Positions 48,101-57,721 of a DNA stretch of 64,000 nt are shown one piece after another. The position numbers and the translations under genes were made by a program. The DNA comes from Deltaproteobacteria bacterium (lineage in GTDB: Bacteria; Myxococcota; Kuafuiibacteriia; Kuafuiibacteriales; Kuafuiibacteriaceae), in contig JAVJQW010000008.1 in the NCBI GenBank assembly GCA_040218735.1, positions 96,001 to 160,000 on the forward strand, in the 5' to 3' direction. Under the pieces are notes generated by a model. That model saw only the letters and a program-made list of their open reading frames with translations. It was not told the DNA's origin and did not search any database. Every line of letters starts with the position of its first letter. Positions within the stretch are counted from its first letter, which is position 1.

Positions 48101-48458
48101 GGATCCGTCGGGACCGCCGCAGATCGATCGCCTCCAGGTCCACCCGACGGGCGGGTTCCTGTACGCGCTCGACCCGGGCAGCCCGCTGTATCTGTTCACC
48201 ATCAACCAGACGACCGGCACGGTGAGCTGGGTGGACGTGGACGGTGACCCGGCGAACAACGTGGACGGCGTGAAGACCGGCTTCGACGTGGGTGGCGCGA
48301 GCGATATCGCGATGGGTCCGAACGGGATGTACCTCTTCAGCACCGGCATCGACTCGGTGACCTGGGACATCGACGAGCTCGGGTTCATCGACGTCGGCTC
48401 GGCGCGCAGCCTCCCGGTCCGCGGCGATCGGATCACGATCTACTCGGAGATCCCGTAG
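45147..48458 (+). CDS. Lipoprotein with binary-toxin-B / protective-antigen-like domains, Ca-binding DxDGDG repeats and a C-terminal beta-propeller
   Basis: Lipobox LAAC, Cys-rich module, nine DxDxDG(L)xDxxE-type repeats in two clusters, DPRVAEIP, Ser/Thr-rich strands, GTITVGFEIENIG, TATLVIDDG, lactonase-like propeller blades (VTPDGRYL, ISPDGSLL, VHPTGGFLY). Confidence 0.75.
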   Translation: MKRLLPLLFLPLAACSGLDSGGKNACMGASDCADGLVCISFVCGEGAASDTDGDGLVDAQEIAGYEIVIDDKGFGLEVGADLLTTRMVTSDPTNPDTDGDGLDDQEELLERSDPRQADTDGDGLTDLAEKRRWKSNLLSVDSDGDAKNPNDNTLPLASLFDGAEVMAGTSPTLADTDGDARSDFEERDSAVRDPRVAEIPQADMRVVGELTVELNVEYADTQGEETTYGESYSTTNSSSQSRSDMESTAVTIAASKGGEGFFDDLEFSKQGAIKFFGGKALELGRQGVCQAAAGGEVKFSQEAPDALNAVTDAIFGLAGDIFNAVGGGATGACDPPTPETTNTTSTTLTQESSRSATESYSEYRTESRTRTETASDGTITVGFEIENIGKSTFTLVNPTVTVMQWVLSPSPQSEIGSGAFRTLTTLSAIDGGVVDGAGNRTFTLAPNESTIVQMSNDAVNADFIKAFLARPEAIFFSPAQFDISDAEGANFKFLTEETFGRTATLVIDDGVSPTQRYQVATNADRTEDGELAGVRMGTVLGDILKIPYTTQEVARQDADGATVMVEELESIGNLANQRSADRGDVENGIPGDAEGVWLIYVKRPEQAEASRPFDDVRMFPGDEVRLVYLRDVDGDGVMRREEMLYGSSDMDADSDDDGLSDYQELKKGWLVTITYDDGGSDATVSYRVSSNPTRVDSDGDGLTDIEERDLGTDPNNPDTDDDGQSDRCEVLPLDTNDTVENGACLPVPKYALIGGGSMKVLGIEADGSFVDLMEGGGPVGGNAVVTSSGAHIYGAGGSNGSATVTVFDFDVRTGAVTDNPYPQEDWGNGGMKDFETVVKHPFLDVVYACNSDGESDGVYAYRVDDDTQPGRALRISTERGGIQSPKDLVVTPDGRYLIAIGNAREIMTLGINFDPNAGEIGETVDLRDGRIRETIPFFPTAIEISPDGSLLFLAGTRLQNQVRSNFMQSYRVDPIDASLTEVPLADPSGPPQIDRLQVHPTGGFLYALDPGSPLYLFTINQTTGTVSWVDVDGDPANNVDGVKTGFDVGGASDIAMGPNGMYLFSTGIDSVTWDIDELGFIDVGSARSLPVRGDRITIYSEIP

Positions 48459-48462
48459 GAAT

Positions 48463-48825
48463 TCAGATTCGCTTCAAACGAATGGGCCCGCGGAACGCCG
48501 ACGGGTCCACCGTTTGACCCTTCTGCGTAATCACGATCTCCCCCCTCGCGACCAATCGCCTCGCCGCCTCGCGCGCGCGCTCCATCAACGGGCGCCAGTC
48601 GTCGGGCGCGACCTGCCGCGCGGCGTCGCTCGGACAGATGCTGCTCGTCCGGGCGCGCTTCGCGAGGAGGGCGAGGATCGTGTCTTCGAGCGCGCGGTCG
48701 GTGGCGTCGAGTTTACGACGACACCGCGCGCTGCAGTGCTTCACGTGCTCCCAGTCGCGCTCCCACTTCTTGCGCCACGCGAACGCGCGCCCGCAGGTCA
48801 CGCAGACCTTCGGCTCGGGGGTCAC
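48463..48825 (-). CDS. DUF2256-DUF3253 fusion protein
   Basis: [31 protein letters not shown] followed by SICPSDAAR...[15 protein letters not shown]...ITQKG...GPIRL. GTG 48825 overlaps the upstream stop. Confidence 0.85.
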   Translation of the reverse strand: MTPEPKVCVTCGRAFAWRKKWERDWEHVKHCSARCRRKLDATDRALEDTILALLAKRARTSSICPSDAARQVAPDDWRPLMERAREAARRLVARGEIVITQKGQTVDPSAFRGPIRLKRI

Positions 48826-49796
48826 GCCAGCTCCAGGATCCCGCGCGCCGCGTCGCGCCCGGCGAGGTAGGCGCCCTCGACGCGCGCGCCCGCGAGCCAG
48901 TCGCCGGCGATCCCCACGCTCCCATCGACGACGAAGCGCGGACCGTCTTCGTCGAGCGGCGTCGCGTAGCGCCACCGGTGCGCGCGGACGTACTGCGGCG
49001 CTCGCGGCTTCGTGCCCGTGGCGGTGAAGAAGGCGTCGAGGAGCGCGATTTCGATCGCGTCTGCGTCGGCTTCGAGCATCCGCTGCGACCAGTCGTCGCT
49101 CGCGTGCAGCACCCAGGCTTCACTCCCGTCGCGCCCTGGTTTGCTCGAGTTCCGCGCGGCCCACCGCAGGGGGCCTCCGTCGAAGAAGATCCCGTCGCAG
49201 TCGATCGGGAGCGCGGCGTCGAACGCCGCCATCACCGCCCAGCACGGGGCCATCTTGGCGCCCGAGCAGATTCGCTTCAGTGTATCCGAGGGAACGAGCT
49301 TCGCGGCCTGGGGAGCCGGAGCGGTGACGAGCACGAAGTCCGCGGGGGCGAGCGACTCACCTTGGTCCGTGACCGGCACCCACTTCGAACCCACCTCGCG
49401 GAGCCCCTCGATGCGGACGCCGCAGCGGACGCTCGGCACCTGGGAGACCAGGTCCTCCACGATCGCGTTCATCCCGGGGATCCCGACGAACCGCTGGGTG
49501 GTGTCGTCCTTCGCCCGCACGACGCCACCCGCTGCGACGCCGATCCGTCCGAGCCAAGGCGCCGCGACGCCCGCGCCGATCCAGCGCTCGGTCTGATCCC
49601 GGAACGCTGCGGAGCGCGCGGTGAAGTACTGCGCGCCGTGGTCGAAGTGGTAGCGCCCGCCGTCGGCGGCGCGGGTGCTGACGCGGCCGGCGACTCGACG
49701 TCCCTTGTCGAGGAGGGTGACGTCGTGTCCGGCGTCGACGAGCGCGCGCGCCGCCGTGGCCCCGGCGATCCCCGCGCCGATGATCGAGATCCTCAT
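48822..49796 (-). CDS. Renalase-like FAD/NAD(P)-dependent oxidoreductase
   Basis: [57 protein letters not shown]. Confidence 0.92.
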   Translation of the reverse strand: MRISIIGAGIAGATAARALVDAGHDVTLLDKGRRVAGRVSTRAADGGRYHFDHGAQYFTARSAAFRDQTERWIGAGVAAPWLGRIGVAAGGVVRAKDDTTQRFVGIPGMNAIVEDLVSQVPSVRCGVRIEGLREVGSKWVPVTDQGESLAPADFVLVTAPAPQAAKLVPSDTLKRICSGAKMAPCWAVMAAFDAALPIDCDGIFFDGGPLRWAARNSSKPGRDGSEAWVLHASDDWSQRMLEADADAIEIALLDAFFTATGTKPRAPQYVRAHRWRYATPLDEDGPRFVVDGSVGIAGDWLAGARVEGAYLAGRDAARGILELA

Positions 49797-49862
49797 CGGC
49801 AGCCCTCAACAAACGAAACTCTCGTCTTCATCCATCGACCAAACACGCTACGGTGCCGAGCG

Positions 49863-50744
49863 ATGGACGGGGCGCACGCCACCAGGACGCGCGGCGTGCT
49901 CCTCACCGCCGCGGCGTCGGCGTTCGGGGCGATCTTCCTCGTGCCCTACCAGGCGGCGGTCGCCGCGGGCGACCGTGCCTCCGCGACCGCGGCGATGATC
50001 GCGTCGGCGGCGTTGTTCAACGTCATCGTGGCGATGTGGCGTCGGCGCGGTGTGGAGCCGCCCGCGCCCGGCACGATGCGTGTCGCCCTCGCGCTCGCGG
50101 TGCTCACGATCGTCGGGAACGTCTCGATCGCGCACTCCCTCCCGCAGATCGGCGCGGGCATGACGAGCGTCGTGATGAAGTCACAAGCGGTGCTCACCCC
50201 CCTCATCGCGTGGGTGACGATCCGCGAGAAGGTGAGCCCACACCTCTTCGTCGGCCTCGCGTTCGCGCTCGGCGGGTTCCTCGTCATGCAGTACGCCGAC
50301 GTCGACGCCAACGCGGTCTTCCCGTGGTGGGCGCTCGCGGCGGCGGTGGCGTTCTCGGGGATGTTGATCGTGACGCGCCGCTACATCCGCGGGCGCTCCA
50401 CCACCGACATCAACGCGATTCGGTTGGTGATCGCGGTGGTGCTCCTCTACGCGATCCCCGCCGAGCTCGGCGGCGCGCGGTTCTCGGACGACAGCGCGCT
50501 GTGGATCAACGCAGCGCTCGCAGGGGTGCTCGGACCGGGCATCAGTCGGCTGCTCCTGATGTCGGCGCTCCGCCACGTCACGGCGTCGATGGTCGCGTTG
50601 ATCGGGCTCGTCGGTCCGGTGTTTGCGTTCGTCGTCGCCTACTTCGTGTTCGCCGACGTACCGACGCCGATCGAGATCGCGGGCGCGCTGCTGATCCTCG
50701 GCGGCGTGGCCTGGCCGGTGTGGCGCGCTCAGTCGGTGAAGTAG
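49863..50744 (+). CDS. DMT/EamA-family transporter
   Basis: ATG 49863, about 10 TM segments in two EamA-like halves, IAWVTIREKV and EIAGALLILGGV. Confidence 0.85.
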   Translation: MDGAHATRTRGVLLTAAASAFGAIFLVPYQAAVAAGDRASATAAMIASAALFNVIVAMWRRRGVEPPAPGTMRVALALAVLTIVGNVSIAHSLPQIGAGMTSVVMKSQAVLTPLIAWVTIREKVSPHLFVGLAFALGGFLVMQYADVDANAVFPWWALAAAVAFSGMLIVTRRYIRGRSTTDINAIRLVIAVVLLYAIPAELGGARFSDDSALWINAALAGVLGPGISRLLLMSALRHVTASMVALIGLVGPVFAFVVAYFVFADVPTPIEIAGALLILGGVAWPVWRAQSVK

Positions 50745-52078
50745 AAGTAAGTCCCGTTCACGATGTTGAGTCGGGTGTGCCAGCCCTTGGGCATCGTGGG
50801 CCGCGACCAGTAGTACATCCAGCGCGCGTCGGCCGGGGCGAGGTTGGTGCAGCCGTGGCTTCGGGTGTTGCCGAAGACATCGTGCCAGTACGCGCCGTGC
50901 ACCGCGTACGGGCCGCGGTAGTACATCGTCCAGGGCACGTCTTCGACGTGGTAGATGCCTTCGACGGCGTCCTTCCCGCGCATCGTCTTCGTCAGGTACT
51001 TGCGCTGGATCTGGTAGAGGCCGTCCGGCGTATCGCGCCCGGGTTTGCCGGACGAGAACAGGCTCGCGTACACCGGCTCGTCGCCCTCGTACGCGACGAA
51101 GGCCTGCTGCTCGAGATCGAAGTGCACCCACTTCGCGTAGCTCGGAACCTTCGACGGTCTTCGGACCTCGCTCGCGATACGCACGCTGTCCGTGGCCACC
51201 AGCCGATTCCGCGGCGTGACGACGTAGCGCTCGCCGTCGATCTCGACCTGTCGATCGACCTCGAATCGCGCGTGGTGCTCGGCCGTGCCGCACGCTTCGA
51301 GGCCATCCGGTGCGTTGCAGAAGACCGGCTGCGCTTCTTCGTGGTGCACGAACGCAATCGGCAGCTCGACGTGGTCGCCGAGGTGCTCGCCGAGCATCGG
51401 GGAGCCGTTGCGGATCTTCAGCGCGTCCGCCCGCACGTACTCACCGCGAACGGTGCGGAACCAGGTTCGGTCGAGTTTGTTCTCTCGGCGATCGAGCGAG
51501 AGGAAGAAGTCACCGAACATCGGCTCCACCACGACGTTGGGACGCTTTCGTCCCCAGTCGCGGGTCTCGAGGGTGTGAAGCTCGTCGGCGTCGCGCGGGA
51601 GGCGCTTCAGGCGGAGCGCGCCTTTGTCGGTCACACGTGCGTAGCGAAACGGGAGCGGTCGATCCACGTCGGGGCGGCGGGTGTTGGACGCCGGACCACG
51701 CGCTCGCGAGAAGCCGTACGTGTTGCAGAGGTAGCCGCCGTTGGGGAGCGCGTACCAGCGTCCGCGTCTGCCGTTGCAGCGTCGCCACGTGCGCGCGCGT
51801 CGCGCGACGGTCATCGCTCCGCGCCAGAACCGACCGATCACGCGCCGTCCTCGCTGAACCTTGTTGTAGATCGGTGCGCGGAATCGGTCCGCGACGAAGA
51901 CGTAGGGGTGTGCGTCGGTGCCGTCCTCGAACGTGCGTGCGCCGGTTCCGTCGTAGACCGGCGTCCAATCGTCGCGTTCGGGGCCCTCGAGAACGATCTC
52001 TTCCGCGAACGCGTCGTGGGTGGACGCGCAGACGAGGGCGAGTCCGGCGACCGCGCATAGGATGCGTCGATGCCTCAA
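50729..52078 (-). CDS. L,D-transpeptidase (YkuD family), exported
   Basis: Signal peptide, SSGKPGRDTPDG, VHGAYWHDVFGNTRSHGCTNL (HxxxxH...SHGC catalytic motif). Start TTG 52078 is inferred. Confidence 0.9.
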   Translation of the reverse strand: MRHRRILCAVAGLALVCASTHDAFAEEIVLEGPERDDWTPVYDGTGARTFEDGTDAHPYVFVADRFRAPIYNKVQRGRRVIGRFWRGAMTVARRARTWRRCNGRRGRWYALPNGGYLCNTYGFSRARGPASNTRRPDVDRPLPFRYARVTDKGALRLKRLPRDADELHTLETRDWGRKRPNVVVEPMFGDFFLSLDRRENKLDRTWFRTVRGEYVRADALKIRNGSPMLGEHLGDHVELPIAFVHHEEAQPVFCNAPDGLEACGTAEHHARFEVDRQVEIDGERYVVTPRNRLVATDSVRIASEVRRPSKVPSYAKWVHFDLEQQAFVAYEGDEPVYASLFSSGKPGRDTPDGLYQIQRKYLTKTMRGKDAVEGIYHVEDVPWTMYYRGPYAVHGAYWHDVFGNTRSHGCTNLAPADARWMYYWSRPTMPKGWHTRLNIVNGTYFYFTD

Positions 52079-52166
52079 GCCACCTGTGACAGTAGGGGGT
52101 GAGGGTGACCGGCCGCAACCGCGGACCATCGGTTGCGAGCTGCAGTTCGTTCGCTACACTGTGCGC

Positions 52167-53060
52167 GTGCCGCCTTCGTGGAAGGAGAGCGTCGAGCACA
52201 CCGTCCTGCAACACCCGCTCCTCGAGACGAAGCCGTCGCTGGCGGGGTTGCGGGCCGGGCGCGAGGCGCGCCCCGAGACCATCTTCATGGGTTTCGGACT
52301 CTGCACGCAGGCTCGCCTGACTCGCGCTGTACCCATCGACATCCTCGGGATGCTGTTGCCCGGCGAAGCGCTGCGCCGCGCGGCCGGTGCGCGACGAATC
52401 ATCGTGCTGATCGCCGACCGCCACGCCGTCATGCATCACCCCGCGGACGGCGTCGAACGCTGCGCGCGTTACATGCAGCGTGTCCTGGAGCGAGCGTCGT
52501 CGCAGCTTCCGCTCGGGACGTTGGAGGTGTGGCGCGCGTCGGACTTCCACGACGAGCCCGAGTTCAGACGCCGCCTCGATCACATCGACGAGCTCGCGAG
52601 CGACGAAGCCTCGGCGTACCTGCTCCGGCAAGTCGCGGACGTCGATTATCTTCAAGAGAACGTCGGCCCTCTGCTCAAGCTGGGGTGGTGTCTCTCCGGG
52701 CGTCGTGTGCACGACGTCTCGAACCTCTACGACGAGCGCGGCTTCGACGCGTACGTGAAGCCGCTCGCCGGCAAACGCCCGCCGTTCGTCTACGCGAAGG
52801 CGGGGCGCACGCTGAACGACCGTCGCAAGAAGGCACCGCCCTACGTCGTGGCGGAGCCGGAGCGGCGCATCTGCCTCACGCCCGAGGAGGACCCGGTCTC
52901 GAAGCTCGAGCGCGTCAGCAAGGAGGTCTCGCGCGAGACCTACCGCGGTGTGAAGAACCACCTCGCGGCGATCGCGAAGTCATACGCGGACCTCGTCCCG
53001 GACGCCGCGTCGGAGCTCGACGAGCGCCTCGAAGGTCTGGTGAGGAAACTCGCGGCTTGA
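52167..53060 (+). CDS. Stand-alone class Ic aminoacyl-tRNA-synthetase-like (TyrRS-like) Rossmann-fold protein lacking HIGH/KMSKS
   Basis: IFMGFG, IIVLIADRHA, VWRASDF, YLLRQVADVDYL and KLGW occur in TyrRS order. No HIGH, no KMSKS and no anticodon domain. Start GTG 52167 is inferred from TACACT 6 nt upstream. Confidence 0.65.
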   Translation: MPPSWKESVEHTVLQHPLLETKPSLAGLRAGREARPETIFMGFGLCTQARLTRAVPIDILGMLLPGEALRRAAGARRIIVLIADRHAVMHHPADGVERCARYMQRVLERASSQLPLGTLEVWRASDFHDEPEFRRRLDHIDELASDEASAYLLRQVADVDYLQENVGPLLKLGWCLSGRRVHDVSNLYDERGFDAYVKPLAGKRPPFVYAKAGRTLNDRRKKAPPYVVAEPERRICLTPEEDPVSKLERVSKEVSRETYRGVKNHLAAIAKSYADLVPDAASELDERLEGLVRKLAA

Positions 53061-53932
53061 GGTTCTTCGAACGGCTCGCCGTTCGCGGGTTCGACGTCGC
53101 AGCGCGCGGATTCGAGAGGCTCGCCGCGGTGAACGCGGACGCCGCCCGCACCTCGCGTTTCCTCCGCGAGCACGTGCGCATGGAGGCGCGTGCCTCCGAT
53201 ATCTATGTCGCGAGTTATCCGCGCAGCGGGACGACGTGGATGCAGATGGTGCTGCACCAACTCACGACCGACGGCGCGCTCGACTTCGCGCACATCAGCG
53301 AGGTCCAGCCCTGGTACGAGCGGAGCCTCGCGCTCGGTACACGAACGGCGTCGTCGTTCGCGTCGATGGCGTCGCCGCGGGTCTTCAAGAGTCACCTGCT
53401 GCGCCAGTGGTTACCGCGCACAGGGCGCTTCGTGTACGTGGTGCGCGACGTCTGCGATGTCGTCGTCTCGTACCACCGCTTCTACGAGAGTCACCTCGGG
53501 TACCGCGGGACGTTCGATGCGTTCTTCGATCGCTTCGTAGAGGGTCATGTGCAGTACCGGTCGTGGTTCGATCACGTCGCCGCCTGGCGGGACCACGAGG
53601 GGGAGCCGGACGTCTTCTTCGTCGACTACGGTGCGATGAAGGCGGACCCCGTCGCCACGGTGCAGCGGCTCGCGACGTGGCTCGGGTCGACGTCGGTCGA
53701 CGTGGAGCGCGCGGTGGAACGTTCGAGCTTCGCGGCGATGAAGGCTCACGAGTCGAAGTTCGATCCGATCACCGAGCATCTGATCGACCGCGGACACATC
53801 GCGGGTCGTTTCCTACGCGAGGGCAACAGCGGGGTTGGTGCGTCGGCGCTGACGGACGCTCAGCGGGCGCGGCTCTCGGAGCCCGCGACGCGTCGCGTGG
53901 CGCCGTGGGACATCGCGGCGTTCCTTCACTGA
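53057..53932 (+). CDS. PAPS-dependent sulfotransferase (Sulfotransfer_1, cytosolic aryl-SULT-like)
   Basis: DIYVASYPRSGTTW (5'-PSB), PRVFKSHL (catalytic His), YVVRDVCDVVVSY (3'-PB), SWFDHV, FLREGNSG. TTG 53057 overlaps the upstream stop (TTGA). Confidence 0.92.
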   Translation: MRFFERLAVRGFDVAARGFERLAAVNADAARTSRFLREHVRMEARASDIYVASYPRSGTTWMQMVLHQLTTDGALDFAHISEVQPWYERSLALGTRTASSFASMASPRVFKSHLLRQWLPRTGRFVYVVRDVCDVVVSYHRFYESHLGYRGTFDAFFDRFVEGHVQYRSWFDHVAAWRDHEGEPDVFFVDYGAMKADPVATVQRLATWLGSTSVDVERAVERSSFAAMKAHESKFDPITEHLIDRGHIAGRFLREGNSGVGASALTDAQRARLSEPATRRVAPWDIAAFLH

Positions 53933-54822
53933 GCCGAGCGCGCGAGGCCCTCGGCGAGGAGGTCGAACACCACCCGGATGCGGCGGCTCGTGCGCAGCTC
54001 GCGGTGCGCGGTGAGCCACACCGGGACGGGGAGCGCCGGCAGGTCGGGGAGGACACGTTCCATGAGCGGGTCGCGGTCGCCGACTTCGTCCATCACGATG
54101 CAGATGCCCATGCTCTGGCGCGCGAGCTCCCACTGCACGAGGTGGTTCTCGGTGACGATCGGGAAGTGCTTCGGCGTGAGCTCGACGCCGAGCTGCGCGA
54201 GCCCTTGGATCATGCGTTCGGAGCGATCGAAACCGAAGAACTCGGCGCGCTTCAGATCCTCGGGTTTCTTGGGGCGGCCGATCCGTTCGAGGTACTCGGT
54301 CGACGCGTAGAGGCGCGCGCTTCGATCCGCGATCTTCTTGGCGATGAGCTCCGGTTGTTTGGGTTGGAAGTTGCGCACCGCGATGTCGGCTTCGCGTCGG
54401 CGGAGGTCGCGCGCCGCGTTCGACGGGACGATCTCCAGCTCGATGCCGGGATACTCGAGCCGACACCGCGCGAGGATCGGCGGGAGGACGTGTGCGGCGA
54501 TGAGCTCACTCGACGTGAGGACGACGGTCCCGTCGACTTCGAGCGATTGCCCGGCCGCGGTGCGGGAGATCGCGGTCGCGGCTTGGCCCATCGCGCGGAC
54601 GTGCTCCAACAACTCGAGCCCGGCGGCGGTCAGCTTCAGTCGGTGCCCGACACGTTCGAAGAGCGCGACGCCGAGCTCCTCCTCCAGCGCGGTGACCTGA
54701 CGTCCGACGGTGGGTTGCGCCATCTTGAGCGCCCGCGCGGCGGCCGAGAACGTCCCCTCCTCGGCCGCGACGAGGAACGCCCGTGCTCGGTTCCAGTCGA
54801 AGCGAACGGACCGCCATTCCAT
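53926..54822 (-). CDS. LysR-family transcriptional regulator
   Basis: DWNRARAFLVAAEEGTFSAAARALKMAQPTVGRQVTALEEELGVALFER, DLRRREADIAVR. Confidence 0.95.
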   Translation of the reverse strand: MEWRSVRFDWNRARAFLVAAEEGTFSAAARALKMAQPTVGRQVTALEEELGVALFERVGHRLKLTAAGLELLEHVRAMGQAATAISRTAAGQSLEVDGTVVLTSSELIAAHVLPPILARCRLEYPGIELEIVPSNAARDLRRREADIAVRNFQPKQPELIAKKIADRSARLYASTEYLERIGRPKKPEDLKRAEFFGFDRSERMIQGLAQLGVELTPKHFPIVTENHLVQWELARQSMGICIVMDEVGDRDPLMERVLPDLPALPVPVWLTAHRELRTSRRIRVVFDLLAEGLARSAQ

Positions 54823-54834
54823 GCGAAAACGCAT
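54821..54834. promoter_or_regulatory. Palindrome overlapping the LysR start; candidate LysR binding site
   Basis: ATGCG-AAAA-CGCAT between the divergent LysR and SDR genes. The spacing is one base short of the classic T-N11-A. Confidence 0.5.
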
Positions 54835-54907
54835 ATCACGGTTTCAGGATCGGGCGTCGACCGAATCGCGCTACGCGCGTATCAATGGACCCAAGGAGAC
54901 CGACAGA

Positions 54908-55708
<801 letters not shown>

Positions 55709-56978
55709 ATCGCGACGTAGCCGATCCTCCCCCCGACCGAGGCGTTCGCGCCGGGCCCGTTTCCGATGAACACCGAGTCGCCGGCGAGGAGCTTGATGGA
55801 CCTGTGGCGATCGGGGCCGAGCTGCGACGACGGGCCGGGCGATCCGTCCAAGTAGAGGTCGACACGGTTAGTGATGAACGGTTGGCTCGTGTCGAGGACG
55901 ACCGTGATCACTTCGCGCTGAAGGGGCCCACCGAGCACGACGTTCCAACGGATGTCGGTGCTGCCGTCGAGCGCGAGGATCAGCTGGTTTTGGGTGACGT
56001 AGAGGCCGAGCGCTCCGCCAGACATCGGTCCGAGGTACACCAGGCTCGACGCCACGCTGCTCGGGGCCAAATCCTCGACGACGATCTCGATCGTCGCGCG
56101 ACGCCCATCCTGCAAGCCCACCAACACCTTCGGCGACACGAGGTCCCCGAACGCACCCGCGCCACCGGGAACGCTCCACGACGCGCTTCGCCCGGCCGAC
56201 CCTTCGACGTAGGTCGGACCGTTCGGGGAGGTCATACGCTCCAGGTTCAGCGGCTCACCCGGCGCCGAATCGATGGCCCGCCGCGCGGCGCCCGACTGGG
56301 GGTCTTCGTCGAGGAAGTACCGCACGAGGAGGCCGTTCTCGACGAGCGGAGGGATCCCGCTGTCGCGGTTCGTGCCGCCGTCCCGGACGCCGGCGTCCTG
56401 TGTACCCCCGTCGCGTGCGACGCCGCCGTCGCGGCGATCCATGTCGCCCCCGTCGCGCTCTTGGCCGGCGTCCTGTGCGGGGGGGCCGCCGTCGCGGATC
56501 CCGGCGTCGCGTCGCTCGGGCGCACACGCGGCGACGGTGGCGGCGATGTCGCTGCCGTCGACGCCGCAGGGTTCGGCGGGGACACACGGTGGGCAGTCGT
56601 CGGAACACCAGCGCTCGAAGCGACCGACGACGACGACGCGGGTGTTGTCGACGAACGCGGACTCCAGGCAGAGGTCGGCGCTGCGGTCGTCATTCTCGGC
56701 TCTCAAGTGAACGAACAACGCGCCCTCGCGATCGTCGCCGGGGACGATCGCGTAGGACAGCGGCAGCGGTCCGTGGTCCGCGAGCTCGAACGTTGTCGCG
56801 TCGACCGGCGCGGCCGGGGCCGCGGAGCCGAGGGACGACCACGCGTGCACCCGGTCGATCGAGGACCACAGCTCGGACGTCGCGTCGACGACCACGACCA
56901 GCTGCGTCGGCTCGCGGCACCCGGCGCACGCCAAGAGGCAGAGGCCGACCCAGCGTCCGGTCCGTCCGATGCCGACCG

Positions 56979-57683
56979 TCATCCCTCGGGACCTCGGGAG
57001 GGCATCGTAAACGCGCCGGTCGTTCCGCCGAACGGATCGCGTTCCGTCGTCGCGGCGACGCCGATGGCGATGGCGCCGAGCACGACGACGACGGCGCCGC
57101 CGACGATCCAGGGCCAAGCCGGCCCCGACGTTTCTTCGGACGGCGCCGGTGAGGTCGCCGCCGTAGCCGGCGACGAAGCGACCGGCGTTGGCGGGGTCGT
57201 TACCGCTTCGAGCTTCGGCTTCGGGCGCTCGACCGGGCAGGACCAGGTCTCCGTCTCTTCGTTGCGGCGACGCACCTCGGCATCGAGATCTTCGGCGCCG
57301 TCGACGGAGCGGGCCATCACCGCGCGGGCACCGAAGACGTCGCCGCCCGTGGCGACGTACGCTTCGGCGCAGCGGTAGAGTCGGTCGGTCGAGCGCTTCG
57401 ACTTGGGCCGGGTGAACTCCAGGTCCGGAGCGTGGGTCTCGGCCTCGACGAAACACGCGAATGCGGCGATCGGCTCGCCGAGCGCGTTGCGAACGACACC
57501 TTCGCCGTAGGCGAGCCGCGCGATGTCTTCACGTGAAGTCGCCGAAGCGCGCGCTTCGAGGATGACTTGGAGCGCGGGCTCCATCGCGGCGAAGACCATG
57601 AACTCGTCGGCCTTCGCGAGCGCGACGTCGGCGGTGGGTGGCGCGGCGATCGACAGAGTCATCGCCGCGATCAACCCGTGCAT
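56979..57683 (-). CDS. Exported TPR-like protein with a C-terminal TM segment
   Basis: Signal peptide, helical TPR-like segment, Pro/Thr linker, WPWIVGGAVVVVLGAIAIGVA. Confidence 0.72.
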   Translation of the reverse strand: MHGLIAAMTLSIAAPPTADVALAKADEFMVFAAMEPALQVILEARASATSREDIARLAYGEGVVRNALGEPIAAFACFVEAETHAPDLEFTRPKSKRSTDRLYRCAEAYVATGGDVFGARAVMARSVDGAEDLDAEVRRRNEETETWSCPVERPKPKLEAVTTPPTPVASSPATAATSPAPSEETSGPAWPWIVGGAVVVVLGAIAIGVAATTERDPFGGTTGAFTMPSRGPEG

Positions 57684-57721
57684 CGTCTCGGAGCGTGGCT
57701 GCTACCCGCCGCCGACGCAAG

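Noticed and set aside
45180-48143. 987-aa minus-strand ORF, and similar long antisense ORFs such as 31660-33717, 23171-25459, 49853-52060, 53236-55494 and 15075-16736
   Set aside because: Shadow ORFs opposite or overlapping genes with clear motifs. They are expected in high-GC DNA with few stops, and the products are Arg/Val-rich with no recognisable motifs.
52167-53060. Calling this a housekeeping tyrS/trpS or a classical cyclodipeptide synthase
   Set aside because: It has no HIGH/KMSKS or anticodon domain for a synthetase, and no GxSxxN or YxxxExP motifs for a CDPS.
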